From contig CAWFSF010000003.1 in NCBI GenBank assembly GCA_963818475.1, forward strand, positions 128,001 to 192,000: a DNA stretch of 64,000 nt, in the 5' to 3' direction. This DNA comes from Nitrospirota bacterium (GTDB taxonomy: Bacteria; Nitrospirota; UBA9217). Each line of letters begins with the position of its first letter. Position 1 is the stretch's first letter. Made by a program: the position numbers and the translations under genes. Below the pieces are notes generated by a model. The model made no database searches, was not told the origin of the DNA, and saw only the letters and a list, made by a program, of their open reading frames with translations. Shown here one piece after another: positions 19,514-29,756 of the stretch.

Positions 19514-22444
19514 TCACAGCGTCACCGCCAAATGGTGATCTATCACCGTGACGGACATAATGTCGAAAATACCGCCAGTATCTTTGTATTTTGGATCGGT
19601 CAGATCTTCATATCGTCCGATTTGATTGTAGGCGTCCTGAATTTCACCGTTGACTTGTCCACGATATGCGCCATTTAGAAAAACGACATCCTCCCGGTGT
19701 GCCCTGACGGTACTATGGATGTCCGGGTCTGCTGCCTTCTGCTCGGTAACTTGCTTAATATAAAGGGCCTGTTCTTCGCTGATATCGAACTTAGTTCGAA
19801 TCTCAGCAATCATATCCTGAACAGTAACTTTTATGAGTGGTGGGCCAGATCCTTTCTGGCTTGTGCCAGTTTTTAGTTTGACGGGGCCGCCGCTGCGTAC
19901 CACGCCTTGGTATTCCACGGCCGCCTTGACAACCTCTGTCTGTCTAATCTGCCTCATCAAATCAGATACGCTGCCTTGTTTGATGAGCTGCGGTCCAACG
20001 TATTCCGCGAATGTCGCGAACTCTTTGATCGCTGGCGAATAGGTAAAAAAGCAAGTGAGGAAATGAAAGCTTTTAACGAAACGAGCAAGCAAGTAAACAA
20101 AATCTTTGCGCTCCTCAGTGTCGACAAGCTTCTCCTGGCATCGCGTCCGAAGCGAATTTACTATGAACTGCACCTGGGCGTCAGTGCCCGTAGCGAGCAC
20201 TTGCACAAAATCTGTCGCATCTTTCTGAGTAAACACCCCTGCCGTTAGGATCTCAGCGTATAATTTCGGACAAAGCTCCTGGTCCGGTTCTTCTGGTTCA
20301 AACGGTGTACCTTTGCGGTACTTGGAAAATGCCTTGAGAATGGCCTTTGCATTGTTGGTAAAGTCCACTACTATGACATCTTTTTTCCCCTCATAGCAGC
20401 GGTTCAATCGGGACAATGTCTGAACGGCATTGCGGTCCATAACGGGTTTGTCTAGGAACATACCGGCAAGCAGTGGTTGGTCGAAACCTGTTTGAAACTT
20501 ATTAGCAACGATCATCAGCCGGTAGTCATCGCCCTCAAAGCGCTCCTCGATCAACTCCCCTTCCTTCAATTCATTCACTGCATGTTCATTGATATTTGCG
20601 TTCGTTACAGTGTGAACGAAATCTGAAAATGCATAGAGCACCTTGTAGTCAGCGCCACGCTCTTTAAGCTTTTCTTTAATGATCTGGAAATATCGCAGCC
20701 CAGCCACGCGGGAACTGGTTACGATCATAGCCTTAGCGCGATTATTAATAAGATGCTTCACATCTTTCTCAAAGATACGCAGCATCACTTCAGCCTTGTA
20801 TTGAATCAGCCCTTCGTCATTGAATGCTACATTCTTCAGCGCCTTTGCGACAATGCCTTTAGGATAGAGCTTTTCCTCCTCGTCCGAGTTGGGCACTACC
20901 TGACAATGCAGATTGTAAAGTGTTTTGTAGGAAATGATGCTGGCTGCCACATCTACGATATAACCTTCTTCGATTGCTTCAGCTTCACTGTATGTGTCAA
21001 ATGGTTCGCCGAACAAGCTGACGGTCGCCGGCGCTGGCGTAGCTGTGAATGCAACGAATAACTGATTAAGGTCGTGTTCCCGGATAACCTTGGCTATTTG
21101 TTCTTCCTGGTCTTGTTCAGTAGCTTCTTCATCCGGTTCGTTTGCCTGTCTGAAAGGCAGCCGGATGGCCGCCCCCATTTGGCCTTCCTGCGAACGGTGA
21201 GCTTCATCTATTAAGAAGGCAACTCGCAGCTTTTTCAGTTCAGGATTTCTTTCTATCTCTTCCAGCACCCATGCAAATTTCTGTTGAGTCGTCACAATGA
21301 TCGGCTTTCGCTCCGCGAGGAAGCGCGGCAGGTCGGCGGACTTCCGTGCCAGACCCACAATGTCCTTAAGGTGCGTAAAGTGCTCGACCTCATCTTTTAT
21401 GTTTGTGTCCAGCGACTTGCGATCGGTAAGTATGAATACCTGGTCCACCAGTTTCTCGTTCGTGCGAGGCTTAAAAAGGCTGTGCAGGCGGTCCGCCAGC
21501 CAGCACATAGTGAGCGTTTTGCCACTGCCGGCGGAATGGTTGATGAGATACTTGCGGCCGATGTTGGCCTTCGATGCGAATTGTGCCGAGATGTCTTCTG
21601 CCACCTTTCTCACCGTACGACTCTGGTGGTAACGGGGAAATAGGGTGAAAGCAGCGTGCGCCGGTTTGTCTTCATCGGCCTCTCGTTCCGGCACGCGGAC
21701 CAGAAAGAATGAAAGCGCTTCGAACAACTGCTCCTTGGATAGCACCTCGCCGTAAAGGAATTCCACTGGGTATTCGCTGCCATCCTTAGTGACGGGCTCG
21801 TTCTTCAGGCCCGTATTATGCCAGCGGAAGTTTTGTTCGCGGCGCGGGTCTGTGGCAGCCATCACATCGCTTGTGTCAGCAGCAAGGTAAAGGAACGGGT
21901 GTTGGAAAATATTGCGTGCATGATCGCGTGCAGCAAATTGTGCCACAGCATCATGCACGGTCTGATTCTTCTCGTGTTTCAACTCCAACGCCACGATAGG
22001 CAGACCGTTGAGGAAAACGACGAAATCAATCTCCTGATTGGTTTCGCCGAAGTAGAAATGTGGCCGAAAGGTAATGCGGTTCTCGCCGAATTTGCTGGTG
22101 GCTGTGCTCTCATCGGAGCGGGGCTTTGGATAGAAAAGCCGAAACTCCTGCCCGCGCACTTTTAATCCATGGCGGAGGAGTATCCACAACGGCGTGTGCT
22201 TCAGTTCCTTGCGTAGGGCTTTAAACACCTCGTCTCGCGCGTCTGCTCCGTAGTCATCTGCAAGCTTTTTGAGCGTACCGGACTGCGTGGCTTTGAGGAA
22301 TCCCCAAAGCTGATCTTCTGCAATGTAGTGCTCGGTGTCCGTGATATCAGACTGTTCGAGCAAACCATAACCGTGTTCGCGGATCAGGAAGTCCGCGATA
22401 TGCTTTTGAAAGACCAGTTCAGGTGCTTTCTTTCGATTAGCCAT
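19514..22444 (-). CDS. hsdR: Type I restriction endonuclease subunit R
   Basis: Nuclease motif IDFVVFLNGLPIVALELK; helicase motifs HSAGSGKT, DEAH, FTATP, KFQTGFDQP and VQTLSRLNR. Confidence 0.95.
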   Translation of the reverse strand: MANRKKAPELVFQKHIADFLIREHGYGLLEQSDITDTEHYIAEDQLWGFLKATQSGTLKKLADDYGADARDEVFKALRKELKHTPLWILLRHGLKVRGQEFRLFYPKPRSDESTATSKFGENRITFRPHFYFGETNQEIDFVVFLNGLPIVALELKHEKNQTVHDAVAQFAARDHARNIFQHPFLYLAADTSDVMAATDPRREQNFRWHNTGLKNEPVTKDGSEYPVEFLYGEVLSKEQLFEALSFFLVRVPEREADEDKPAHAAFTLFPRYHQSRTVRKVAEDISAQFASKANIGRKYLINHSAGSGKTLTMCWLADRLHSLFKPRTNEKLVDQVFILTDRKSLDTNIKDEVEHFTHLKDIVGLARKSADLPRFLAERKPIIVTTQQKFAWVLEEIERNPELKKLRVAFLIDEAHRSQEGQMGAAIRLPFRQANEPDEEATEQDQEEQIAKVIREHDLNQLFVAFTATPAPATVSLFGEPFDTYSEAEAIEEGYIVDVAASIISYKTLYNLHCQVVPNSDEEEKLYPKGIVAKALKNVAFNDEGLIQYKAEVMLRIFEKDVKHLINNRAKAMIVTSSRVAGLRYFQIIKEKLKERGADYKVLYAFSDFVHTVTNANINEHAVNELKEGELIEERFEGDDYRLMIVANKFQTGFDQPLLAGMFLDKPVMDRNAVQTLSRLNRCYEGKKDVIVVDFTNNAKAILKAFSKYRKGTPFEPEEPDQELCPKLYAEILTAGVFTQKDATDFVQVLATGTDAQVQFIVNSLRTRCQEKLVDTEERKDFVYLLARFVKSFHFLTCFFTYSPAIKEFATFAEYVGPQLIKQGSVSDLMRQIRQTEVVKAAVEYQGVVRSGGPVKLKTGTSQKGSGPPLIKVTVQDMIAEIRTKFDISEEQALYIKQVTEQKAADPDIHSTVRAHREDVVFLNGAYRGQVNGEIQDAYNQIGRYEDLTDPKYKDTGGIFDIMSVTVIDHHLAVTL

Positions 22445-23132
22445 TCGTTTTTACCTGGTTCAAGTCCGCAGCTGTGACCCGCCTCTGGCCGGCGATGCAT
22501 TCATTTATCAACGCTTTGCGATACGCAAATAGGGTTCCCATTTGCCTATTCAGAACTCCAATTGGTCGGGCGATTTCGTTTGGTGCCTTGTGTAGCGATG
22601 CCACCGAATCCAACACGGTGCATTTACTGTCCAAGTATGTCACTATTAATTTTTGTTCTTGGACCGTTGGAAGCGGCAATACAAGGGACCCAAATTCTTT
22701 GTCACCAACTGCGGGGTAACCAACACCCGTTGCTGATGCCTCAAAATACTGGCGAGCATAATCTGATATAAGGACGTAGTAAGCAAACTTGGGCCAAAGT
22801 CGGTTCTCATCTGTCTGCACGACGTTAAATCCTGTAGAGCAGACTAACCCTGATGGGTCATTCGGAAAGAATGCTACCGCCTGAAGATTGGGGCGAACGG
22901 AGGAAATGATTATGCTGTTCTGAAAAACTAATCGGCGTGCTCGCGATGGTGCGTCCTCAAACCGCAGTTGCTCGATGGCATTTAAATCTACGATGCCGAA
23001 ATAGTCCACGTTGGATATTTCAAGATAAGGAAATTCATAATCGGGAGATGTGCTGGCTGACAAAGAGGCTCGATTAATAGCACAAAGATCCTTCATCCTA
23101 TCATCTTTCCAATCGGAGGGAAAGACACTCAT
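22437..23132 (-). CDS. hsdS: Type I specificity subunit S, half-size (single TRD, 231 aa)
   Basis: Starts FPSDW, has one TRD and the conserved LPLPTVQEQKLIV...YRKALINECIAG. Overlaps hsdM and hsdR. Confidence 0.85.
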   Translation of the reverse strand: MSVFPSDWKDDRMKDLCAINRASLSASTSPDYEFPYLEISNVDYFGIVDLNAIEQLRFEDAPSRARRLVFQNSIIISSVRPNLQAVAFFPNDPSGLVCSTGFNVVQTDENRLWPKFAYYVLISDYARQYFEASATGVGYPAVGDKEFGSLVLPLPTVQEQKLIVTYLDSKCTVLDSVASLHKAPNEIARPIGVLNRQMGTLFAYRKALINECIAGQRRVTAADLNQVKTNG

Positions 23133-25126
23133 CGAGAAGCCCCTCCCTTTTCAAGCAAACCAACCATTTTCTCTGCTTCCTTCTCCAGTGTCCAAAACTC
23201 TGCTAACAAGTCCTTAGCTGGTGTGGGCGGTTGGTAGCGGTAGAAATATTTGTTCGGCAATATTTCATAGCCGAGCTGCGGGCTGTCTTCCCAGCGGATG
23301 ATGGGCTTGGCGATTTCGCGCTTCAGAAACGCTTCAATATCCTCGCCGTGCGGAATGTACTCGTCATCCTGCACGTAGTGCCTGTGCGTCCATTCGACAG
23401 AAAGGACTTCAGGTCGATCTCCGAGAGCTTCCTTTAACTTCTTAGCGGCGCTGTCTCCTGGTTTGAGGACGAACTCCACGGTCTTCTCTTTGATATCAGT
23501 CTTCACGCGCACGCGGAAGGTGATGTCGTTTTCATGAAACGTCTGTTCTTTGGAAAGGTTGGTTGCGGTGAACGCCTTCTCGTAAGGCTCGGTGACGATG
23601 GCGGGCTGGTCGTGCTCGTCAGTCTGCCAGAAAACCACCTTGACCTTATGAAACGCGAAGTCCTTCCCACGGTAGAGCTTTACATGCTCATCATCAAAAC
23701 TGGGTTTCCAGCCTTTGCGATAACGCTCCTCGATCCATTGCCGGTGAGTGTCAGTCATCCGGTTGCGTTTGTTGCCGAAAGACTTCGGCTCTTTCTCGAA
23801 CTGTTGGCGAGCGTCGATCAGCATCACACGGCTGCGATGGGTGACGGGCTTCTCGTTTCGTAGCAGCCAAATGTAGGTAAAGATGCCAGTGTTGTAGAAC
23901 ATCTGGTCGGGTAACATAACGATAGCATCGAGCCAGTCATTTTCCAGAATCCATCGGCGGATTTCACTCTCGCCTGAGCCACAATCCCCGTTGCAGAGTG
24001 GAGAACCATTGAAGATGATAGCGATGCGACTGCCGCCGTCTTCGGGCAAGACCATCTTCACCAGCATCGTTTGCAGGAAGAGCAGCGCGCCGTCGTTCAC
24101 GCGCGGCATACCAGCCTGGTAGCGAGTCCCCTCCAACTTTTTCGCCTCTGTTTCATATCCGTCCTTGCCGCCCCACGTAACGCCGAAGGGCGGATTGCTG
24201 AGCATGCGGTTGAAGCGGTATTTCGTTTCCGAAAACTGGTCTCCAGGCTCTTTGCTGCGCGAATCGTGCGGAATGAGAGAATTGCCAAGCAGGACCGTCG
24301 CCTGTTTGTCGTTCTTAATAAGAAAGTCGGCCTTACAGATGGCGTAGTTAATAGGCGATAGCTCCTGGCAATGAAGGGTAAGGAACTTCTCAACGCGTTC
24401 CTTTTCCGCCGGAGTGGCAGCGCGATCAAGCATGTGCTCTTTAGCAATGGATACCATGCCGCCTGTTCCGCCAGCCGGGTCGTAAATGGAAAAATGCCGG
24501 TCCGGGATCGGTATCTCCAATAACTCGACCATGAGCCGGATAACCTCACGCGGGGTGAAGTGCTCTCCAGCTTCCTCGCCGCTTTGTTCTGAGAATCGCC
24601 GGAGCAGCTCCTCGTAAATGTACCCCATCTCCAGGCCGGAAAGCTGATCCGGCCCAAGGTTCAGTTCCTTGTATTGATTCAGGATCGGGGCGAGCCGGTT
24701 GTTCTTCACCATCGTGCCGATGATGGCGCGGTAGTTAAAGTGCTCAATGATGTCGTCAACATTCTTTGAGAAGCCGTTGATATAGGCGCGGAAGTTTTCT
24801 TCGAGCAGCGTATGGTCTTCCTCGTACACTTTACGAAGCGTCCAGTCGGTCTTGTTTGAAAATGGTGACTGCTTGGGATTCAGCTCAAGTTCTTTTACAA
24901 GCTTTTTAAGCTCCTTCTCTGTGAGCTTTGGCCGCTTAGCCAGCACCTCGGCTCGCTTTGCCTCACGCCATGCAAGCAACACGCACTCCAGACGTCGTAT
25001 AACTATGATCGGCAGTATGACGCCTTGGTATTCGTAAGCCTTGAACTTTCCGCGAAGTCGTTCGGCAGATTTCCAGATGTCACCGGCAAGGTTGTCGAGC
25101 TTTGGTTTGTTAAGGGAGAGTGCCAT
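23129..25126 (-). CDS. hsdM: Type I R-M methyltransferase subunit M
   Basis: Motifs AGEHFTPREV, YDPAGGTGG, NPPF and EIRRWILEND. Confidence 0.95.
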   Translation of the reverse strand: MALSLNKPKLDNLAGDIWKSAERLRGKFKAYEYQGVILPIIVIRRLECVLLAWREAKRAEVLAKRPKLTEKELKKLVKELELNPKQSPFSNKTDWTLRKVYEEDHTLLEENFRAYINGFSKNVDDIIEHFNYRAIIGTMVKNNRLAPILNQYKELNLGPDQLSGLEMGYIYEELLRRFSEQSGEEAGEHFTPREVIRLMVELLEIPIPDRHFSIYDPAGGTGGMVSIAKEHMLDRAATPAEKERVEKFLTLHCQELSPINYAICKADFLIKNDKQATVLLGNSLIPHDSRSKEPGDQFSETKYRFNRMLSNPPFGVTWGGKDGYETEAKKLEGTRYQAGMPRVNDGALLFLQTMLVKMVLPEDGGSRIAIIFNGSPLCNGDCGSGESEIRRWILENDWLDAIVMLPDQMFYNTGIFTYIWLLRNEKPVTHRSRVMLIDARQQFEKEPKSFGNKRNRMTDTHRQWIEERYRKGWKPSFDDEHVKLYRGKDFAFHKVKVVFWQTDEHDQPAIVTEPYEKAFTATNLSKEQTFHENDITFRVRVKTDIKEKTVEFVLKPGDSAAKKLKEALGDRPEVLSVEWTHRHYVQDDEYIPHGEDIEAFLKREIAKPIIRWEDSPQLGYEILPNKYFYRYQPPTPAKDLLAEFWTLEKEAEKMVGLLEKGGASR

Positions 25127-25158
25127 TATGTTTCTATATATCCTTTCAACTGTTAGTT

Positions 25159-26094
25159 CTATCCGTTATTGGGCCAGGCTTTTGAAAAAACCTGTTTGAA
25201 CTTAATGGCTGCAGCGACAAGCCATGCGAATGCTTCGTCCCGTTGTCGGCTACTTATGTCAAACTTACGCGTCAAGCGTATACGGCTAGCTTTTTTCTCT
25301 GGCAATTCCTGCCACAACAGCGCACCAAGACCAAGCTCTTTCTCAATTGCCTCTTTGTTTGAAAAGAGTGTCGCGTACAAAGCTTTTGAGTTTGGAATAT
25401 ACAGCTCGCAGCCTATTTGATCTTCTAACGTAAGCACTGTCAGAGTGAGATGACTATCCGACCGCCCTATTGAGACATCGTACCAATGTTGTGCTCGTGG
25501 TGTGCGCAACTTTAGGGCCGAATTAACTGCGGCATAATCACGAAGTTGTGTCCAAAATTCAAGTTGAAGAAGTTTCGTATCTGTTAGTTCATTCGGGTCA
25601 GTACTCGTCCCGCCACGAACGGTTTTTGTCCAATCATTGGGTCTGGAAATAATAACAAACTTTGGAGCAGGATCAGACTCGCCTATTTTCCAAAGCTCAA
25701 TGCGGACAAGGAAGAAATTCAGTTTTTCATCAGTATGTTCATTGAGCCAGTCGACTGCTTGCTTGTGCTCATCTCTTACATCTTTAACGATCCATACGAT
25801 GTATTCCGCTTCAATTCCTGCTGCATAGGTGAGAATCTGGCCCAGGTGACAATGGTCTGTTGCTTCCAGCTGGTTTTCAATAACGATTTTCTTGCCGGTA
25901 TTCTCTTCCTGGGCCAGGATATCTGCGCTGAATCTGCCTACTCCTGCCTCGGTTTGTATTAACTCAATATCAAGTCCTATTTCATCCCCTAATTCCGCAA
26001 GGTTCTCCGGTTCGGCAAGCCAGCTTGTAAAGTTAAGCGCCTCATGCTTCCAGTACTCGCGCAGATCTACGTTTGTCAGTTTTCCGAGCTTCAT
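25159..26094 (-). CDS. DUF4268-domain protein with an N-terminal PD-(D/E)xK-like nuclease domain
   Basis: WKHEALNFTSWL, ADILA..VIENQL..TDH.HLGQILTYAAG, and LQLEFW...KKASRI. Confidence 0.8.
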   Translation of the reverse strand: MKLGKLTNVDLREYWKHEALNFTSWLAEPENLAELGDEIGLDIELIQTEAGVGRFSADILAQEENTGKKIVIENQLEATDHCHLGQILTYAAGIEAEYIVWIVKDVRDEHKQAVDWLNEHTDEKLNFFLVRIELWKIGESDPAPKFVIISRPNDWTKTVRGGTSTDPNELTDTKLLQLEFWTQLRDYAAVNSALKLRTPRAQHWYDVSIGRSDSHLTLTVLTLEDQIGCELYIPNSKALYATLFSNKEAIEKELGLGALLWQELPEKKASRIRLTRKFDISSRQRDEAFAWLVAAAIKFKQVFSKAWPNNG

Positions 26095-26137
26095 TGTGTC
26101 TCCTTTGCAGATAGAGCAATGGTATCGTGAGGATGTT

Positions 26138-26464
26138 TTATTGGGACTGACTACATAGGTATGCCTCGCCTCTTACAGCAGAACCGGACGTGCCCGTTGT
26201 AACGTTTAGGAGATGAACTGTATTTGCTCTCATGTTGGCTGCATTATTTCTAATTTCCCGCATAGCATTCTCTTCTGCTGCTCCTTGGCCGGAAATACCG
26301 CCATTCATGTGGTCAGTGCCTTTTACTTGGCCAATGTATTTGCAGTTTCGTACTACCTCTGCGTTAGAGGTGAGGCGAACTGCTTCGCCTTCCGGTGTAA
26401 GCCCTACGGTGACGCACGAGGAACAAAGTAAGAAAACAAAAAGTAATAAGCATTTTTCTATCAC
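26138..26464 (-). CDS. Small Cys-containing lipoprotein (DUF4156-like)
   Basis: Lipobox, then CKYIGQV...RNNAANMRANTV...GEAYLC; AGGAG RBS. Confidence 0.65.
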   Translation of the reverse strand: MIEKCLLLFVFLLCSSCVTVGLTPEGEAVRLTSNAEVVRNCKYIGQVKGTDHMNGGISGQGAAEENAMREIRNNAANMRANTVHLLNVTTGTSGSAVRGEAYLCSQSQ

Positions 26465-26572
26465 AACAGTCTCCTTTTATTACCACAGTAAAACCGGACA
26501 CATCAGCATTATGCCGCTATCGGAGATCGTAATGGTGATGATCGTACGCTGCCGCAGGCTGAAACATGAAGC

Positions 26573-28380
26573 GAGTCTGTAGAAAAAGCCAGTTTGAATA
26601 GCTTGCCTGTTCCCCGTTATCTGGTTCTTTGTGTATCCTGGTGTGGGGACGTTTTTATCGATTCTGCTGATTTATCGGTTTAGGAGAGCTGATTTGTTCT
26701 CGCTACCGCATTTTTCATTCCCTTTCTGCTTCCCTTTACCTCAACTACCCGCGAATCCAAACCCGTATCGATGCACCTTCAATAGATTGTGCACGACGCA
26801 ATAGAGCCGCCACTGAATGCTTACCTTCTTTTTCCCTCGGAGGCTGAAGCGATCCAGGCCGAGGCTGCTCCGGACATTGGCAAAGACGGGTTCGACCGTC
26901 GCCATTCTTCGTCCGTAGATCAGCTTGCCGGCTGACCGAGTCTATCTTCTCCCGCATCTTCTGAGTAAACGTCTTCTCCTTGTTCTCGGTCCTTCCGGTA
27001 AAGTGCGCGAACTGTCGAACTTCAGTCCGGTCGGGTTTCTTCAAGCACTTCTCTCTAAGTTGACAAGGGATGCAATCTCGTCTTCGCTCCTTTGAACCTG
27101 ACAACCTGTAATCCGTGAAACGGTACATTCCCGTGACGGTACATCCGTTTCCCGGCAGGGCAGATGCAGAAGCTTTTGTCAGGGCTGACCGTGAAGTCTC
27201 TCGGCTGAAAAATGATCGGCCGGTCGAATTTTTTGGCCATTTCTTTGTTGAACCTCTCCTTGTGTTTGTCCGCATCCGCAAACCGGGGATCGCGGTGACG
27301 AAACTTGTTGTCGGCGATGTATGCGTCGATGCCGTCCTCAATTACCATCTCCACGTTCTTTTCGGAGTGAAAGCCGCGTCGGTGGTCAGTTTGGTCTTTT
27401 TGAATATGTTCTTTTCCTTGCCGATTGTCTCGAAGTTTTCTCGGGTTCCTTCGACCATGGGTTTTAGTATTGCGGATTCGGAGTCTCCGGTCGCTTCCGC
27501 ATGGACCACTACCTGGTGCTTGCTGTCTACCATCGCCACGCCGTTGTAGCCCTGGACCACACCGTGTGAGGTCTTCATGGTGGCGCTTTCGTTGTCGGTT
27601 ATGTTGCTCTTCCGGGGTTTGCCCTTGCTGCCGGGCTTGTCGTCGTTTTCAGCAAGCCAGGTCTTGATCTTCTTGATCTTCGCCTTGAGCGTTGAAATGT
27701 ACTGTTCTTCCTTCTCGATGACGGCCTTGTCGGTCTCGATGCCATCTCGTTCCTTGTGCTTGGTGATCATCTCCCGGATGGCCTTCTCCATCTTCTCTTT
27801 TTTATGTTCGAGTTCTTCCCTGGTTCCGCTCCATTCCTTCGAGGCGTTCGAGGGGAGCTTGCAGCCGTCTACGGCGAACATCTCTTTGCCGATCAGGCCC
27901 ATCTCGTCGCAGATCAGGAGGACTTCGAGGAAAAGCTTGATCGTCTCCTGGTCGTGCGAGGAGATGAAGTCGGCTATCGTGGTGAAGTGCGGCCGGGTGT
28001 CGGCGGAAAGGGCCATGAAGATTACGTTATCGTTGCAGCAATCGGCAATCTTTCTGCTTGAGGTGATTCCTTTGGAATAGGCGTAGAGGACGATCTTTAA
28101 GAGAATCCGGGGATCGTAGGCCGGAGCGCCGGTCTCATCGTTCTTGTACTGGAGGTCGAAAGCGGAAAGGTCGATGTCGTTGTCGATGAGATAGTGAAGA
28201 GTGTGTTCGAAGGTGCCGTGAAGGATTTGTTTGTCGAAGTTGATCGGAATGAACTTGCCTTGGGAATAATTGTAATCTTTATACTTCGCCATACGCCTCC
28301 CGTAGGTGAGGGGTTTTGATGATGCCTTACAGCGTTTTGATGGCGTCATTATAGCATAAAATGACTTTTCCTACAGGTTC
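26573..28380 (-). mobile_element. IS1182-family insertion sequence (~1.8 kb); transposase ~26745..28292 is frameshifted
   Basis: Inverted ends GAGTCTGTAGAAAAAGCC / GAACCTGTAGGAAAAGTC. Transposase motifs GAPAYDPRILLK, SSRKI, FAVDGCKL..NASK, NITDNES and QGYNG. Confidence 0.88.
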
Positions 28381-28434
28381 AACGCGCGGGTGAGACGCGC
28401 GTCTTTTGCGTCGATTTCGACCCGATGGCTGGCT
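28377..28434 (-). other. Integron attC-like site (58 bp, R'' box with one mismatch)
   Basis: Minus strand reads AGCCAGC-catcg-GGTCGAA...CTCACC-cgcgc-GTTGAAC. It directly follows the stop codon of ORF 28442..29026, whose cassette starts with GTTGGCA at 29044. Confidence 0.7.
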
Positions 28435-28441
28435 TCTATTT

Positions 28442-29026
28442 CTAAAATTTATAATTAATACCGTACTCGATATTATTGAAGGTCGTTCCGTTGAAATTAT
28501 TCTCTGTTACGCGAAAGGTAGATGGAATCGGAATCAATTCAGCATTTTCTGCTTTTTCTCTATAAAAATATAAAATGAGCACAAAAAGACCGGCTGCGGC
28601 ATTCAGGCAATTTTTCAGATTGCCTTTATGATAATCTGTATTTCTGTGATGTTTAACTTTATTGTATGCGGTCCACCAATCGGGCACTCCCGTCGGTTCG
28701 CTCCAATTAGACCACGGTGTGAGCTCAAGACCAAATCTAGGAATCGTAACTTTGAAATTCTGAAAGCTTGGATACGCAGCCCGAATTTCATTTCGATACT
28801 GATTAATATTTGAAGCTGAAGAATTCGGATTTATTTTTGCGCAAAGTTGCTTCGCAACAACATCTGCTTCTGAGGCAGCAGAGAAAAGGACCCTTGATAT
28901 TTCAAGTGAATAACAATTGAAATTGTTTTCGGCGAATTCAATGTATCGTGACAGCACTTCAAGATCCTTCTCTAAAGCGAGAAAGTAATTCCAGTGCGCC
29001 AAAGACGGGCTTGTCAGAATCACCAC
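28442..29026 (-). CDS. Hypothetical AT-rich gene-cassette protein
   Basis: 194-aa ORF (HWNYFLALEKDL...WWTAYNKVKHHR) with GGAGG RBS, bounded by GTT and an attC. Confidence 0.75.
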   Translation of the reverse strand: MVILTSPSLAHWNYFLALEKDLEVLSRYIEFAENNFNCYSLEISRVLFSAASEADVVAKQLCAKINPNSSASNINQYRNEIRAAYPSFQNFKVTIPRFGLELTPWSNWSEPTGVPDWWTAYNKVKHHRNTDYHKGNLKNCLNAAAGLFVLILYFYREKAENAELIPIPSTFRVTENNFNGTTFNNIEYGINYKF

Positions 29027-29057
29027 GTTATTCCTCCTGCCAACGATGCAAGCCTAC

Positions 29058-29078
29058 AGTGTCAGGTCTTTTATTTTG
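29058..29078. repeat. Orphan copy of the RAYT flank motif
   Basis: AGTGTCAGGTCTTTTATTTTG resembles the flanks at 17678 and 18606. Confidence 0.6.
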
Positions 29079-29245
29079 GTGTTTCAACTTTTTCCGCCAA
29101 CACAAGCCTTTATTCCCTGGCCCATATCCCAACTTCTGTCCGATCTGCACCCCTGATTGCAGCAGGTTCTCATCGTGGATCGTTGATATCGTGGCCGACC
29201 CGCCCGCGACAATTTGCTGCATGAGTGTAGCTGATTGAGTACTCG

Positions 29246-29272
29246 CTGTCACCTGTCGAAAATGACAGGTGT
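29246..29272. repeat. 27-bp palindromic motif, copy 2
   Basis: CTGTCACCTGTCGAAAATGACAGGTGT, matching 4672..4698. Confidence 0.7.
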
Positions 29273-29481
29273 CCAAGCCATGATCAAATCTCCTTCAGTC
29301 TCTTATGGATGATATCCAGCTCGCGCCGCGGAATGGTCTGCTCCGTGAAAGCCTGTGGATTTTCCTTGAACAAAGAAAAGCCGGTCAAAGATGATTTTAC
29401 TCATTTTAACCGGCTCGGACTGTTCTTATAACGATAGTAAACGACCGCGCACCTGTCAAGTCTTTGCTTAACACTTTTATA

Positions 29482-29667
29482 TTATAGTCCTATCGCTTTC
29501 TTTAAATCCTTGTGACTTGTCCATTTTTTGTTCTTCATTTTCACCTGCAACGCGGAATAATAGTCCTTTTTATCTTGCTCGATTTCCTTGAGCCGCAGAT
29601 ATTCCTTATAATCGAGGACAACGGCAACCGGCTTGTCGTTTTCTTTCACGATCTGAGTCTTAATCAT
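29482..29667 (-). CDS. Orphan antitoxin-like protein (Phd/YefM-like)
   Basis: 61 aa, KPVAVVLDYKEY...SHKDLKKAIGL; no toxin follows it. Confidence 0.6.
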   Translation of the reverse strand: MIKTQIVKENDKPVAVVLDYKEYLRLKEIEQDKKDYYSALQVKMKNKKWTSHKDLKKAIGL

Positions 29668-29756
29668 GGTATGCCTTCTGCCTGTGCTTTACTTCGAAAG
29701 CTGTTTGACCGCTCTTTCCGAATATTTTATTTCCATAGGAAATCAGCATCTTGAGG

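Noticed and set aside
27342-27360. Programmed frameshift in the IS1182 transposase
   Set aside because: IS1182 transposases are normally single ORFs, no clear slippery site is present, and indels are common across this assembly.
29028-29276. 82-aa ORF with LLQSGVQI, vaguely like a tyrosine recombinase box II
   Set aside because: It lacks the HxLRH and LLGH motifs and the catalytic Tyr, and runs in the same direction as the cassette. Too weak to call an intI remnant.
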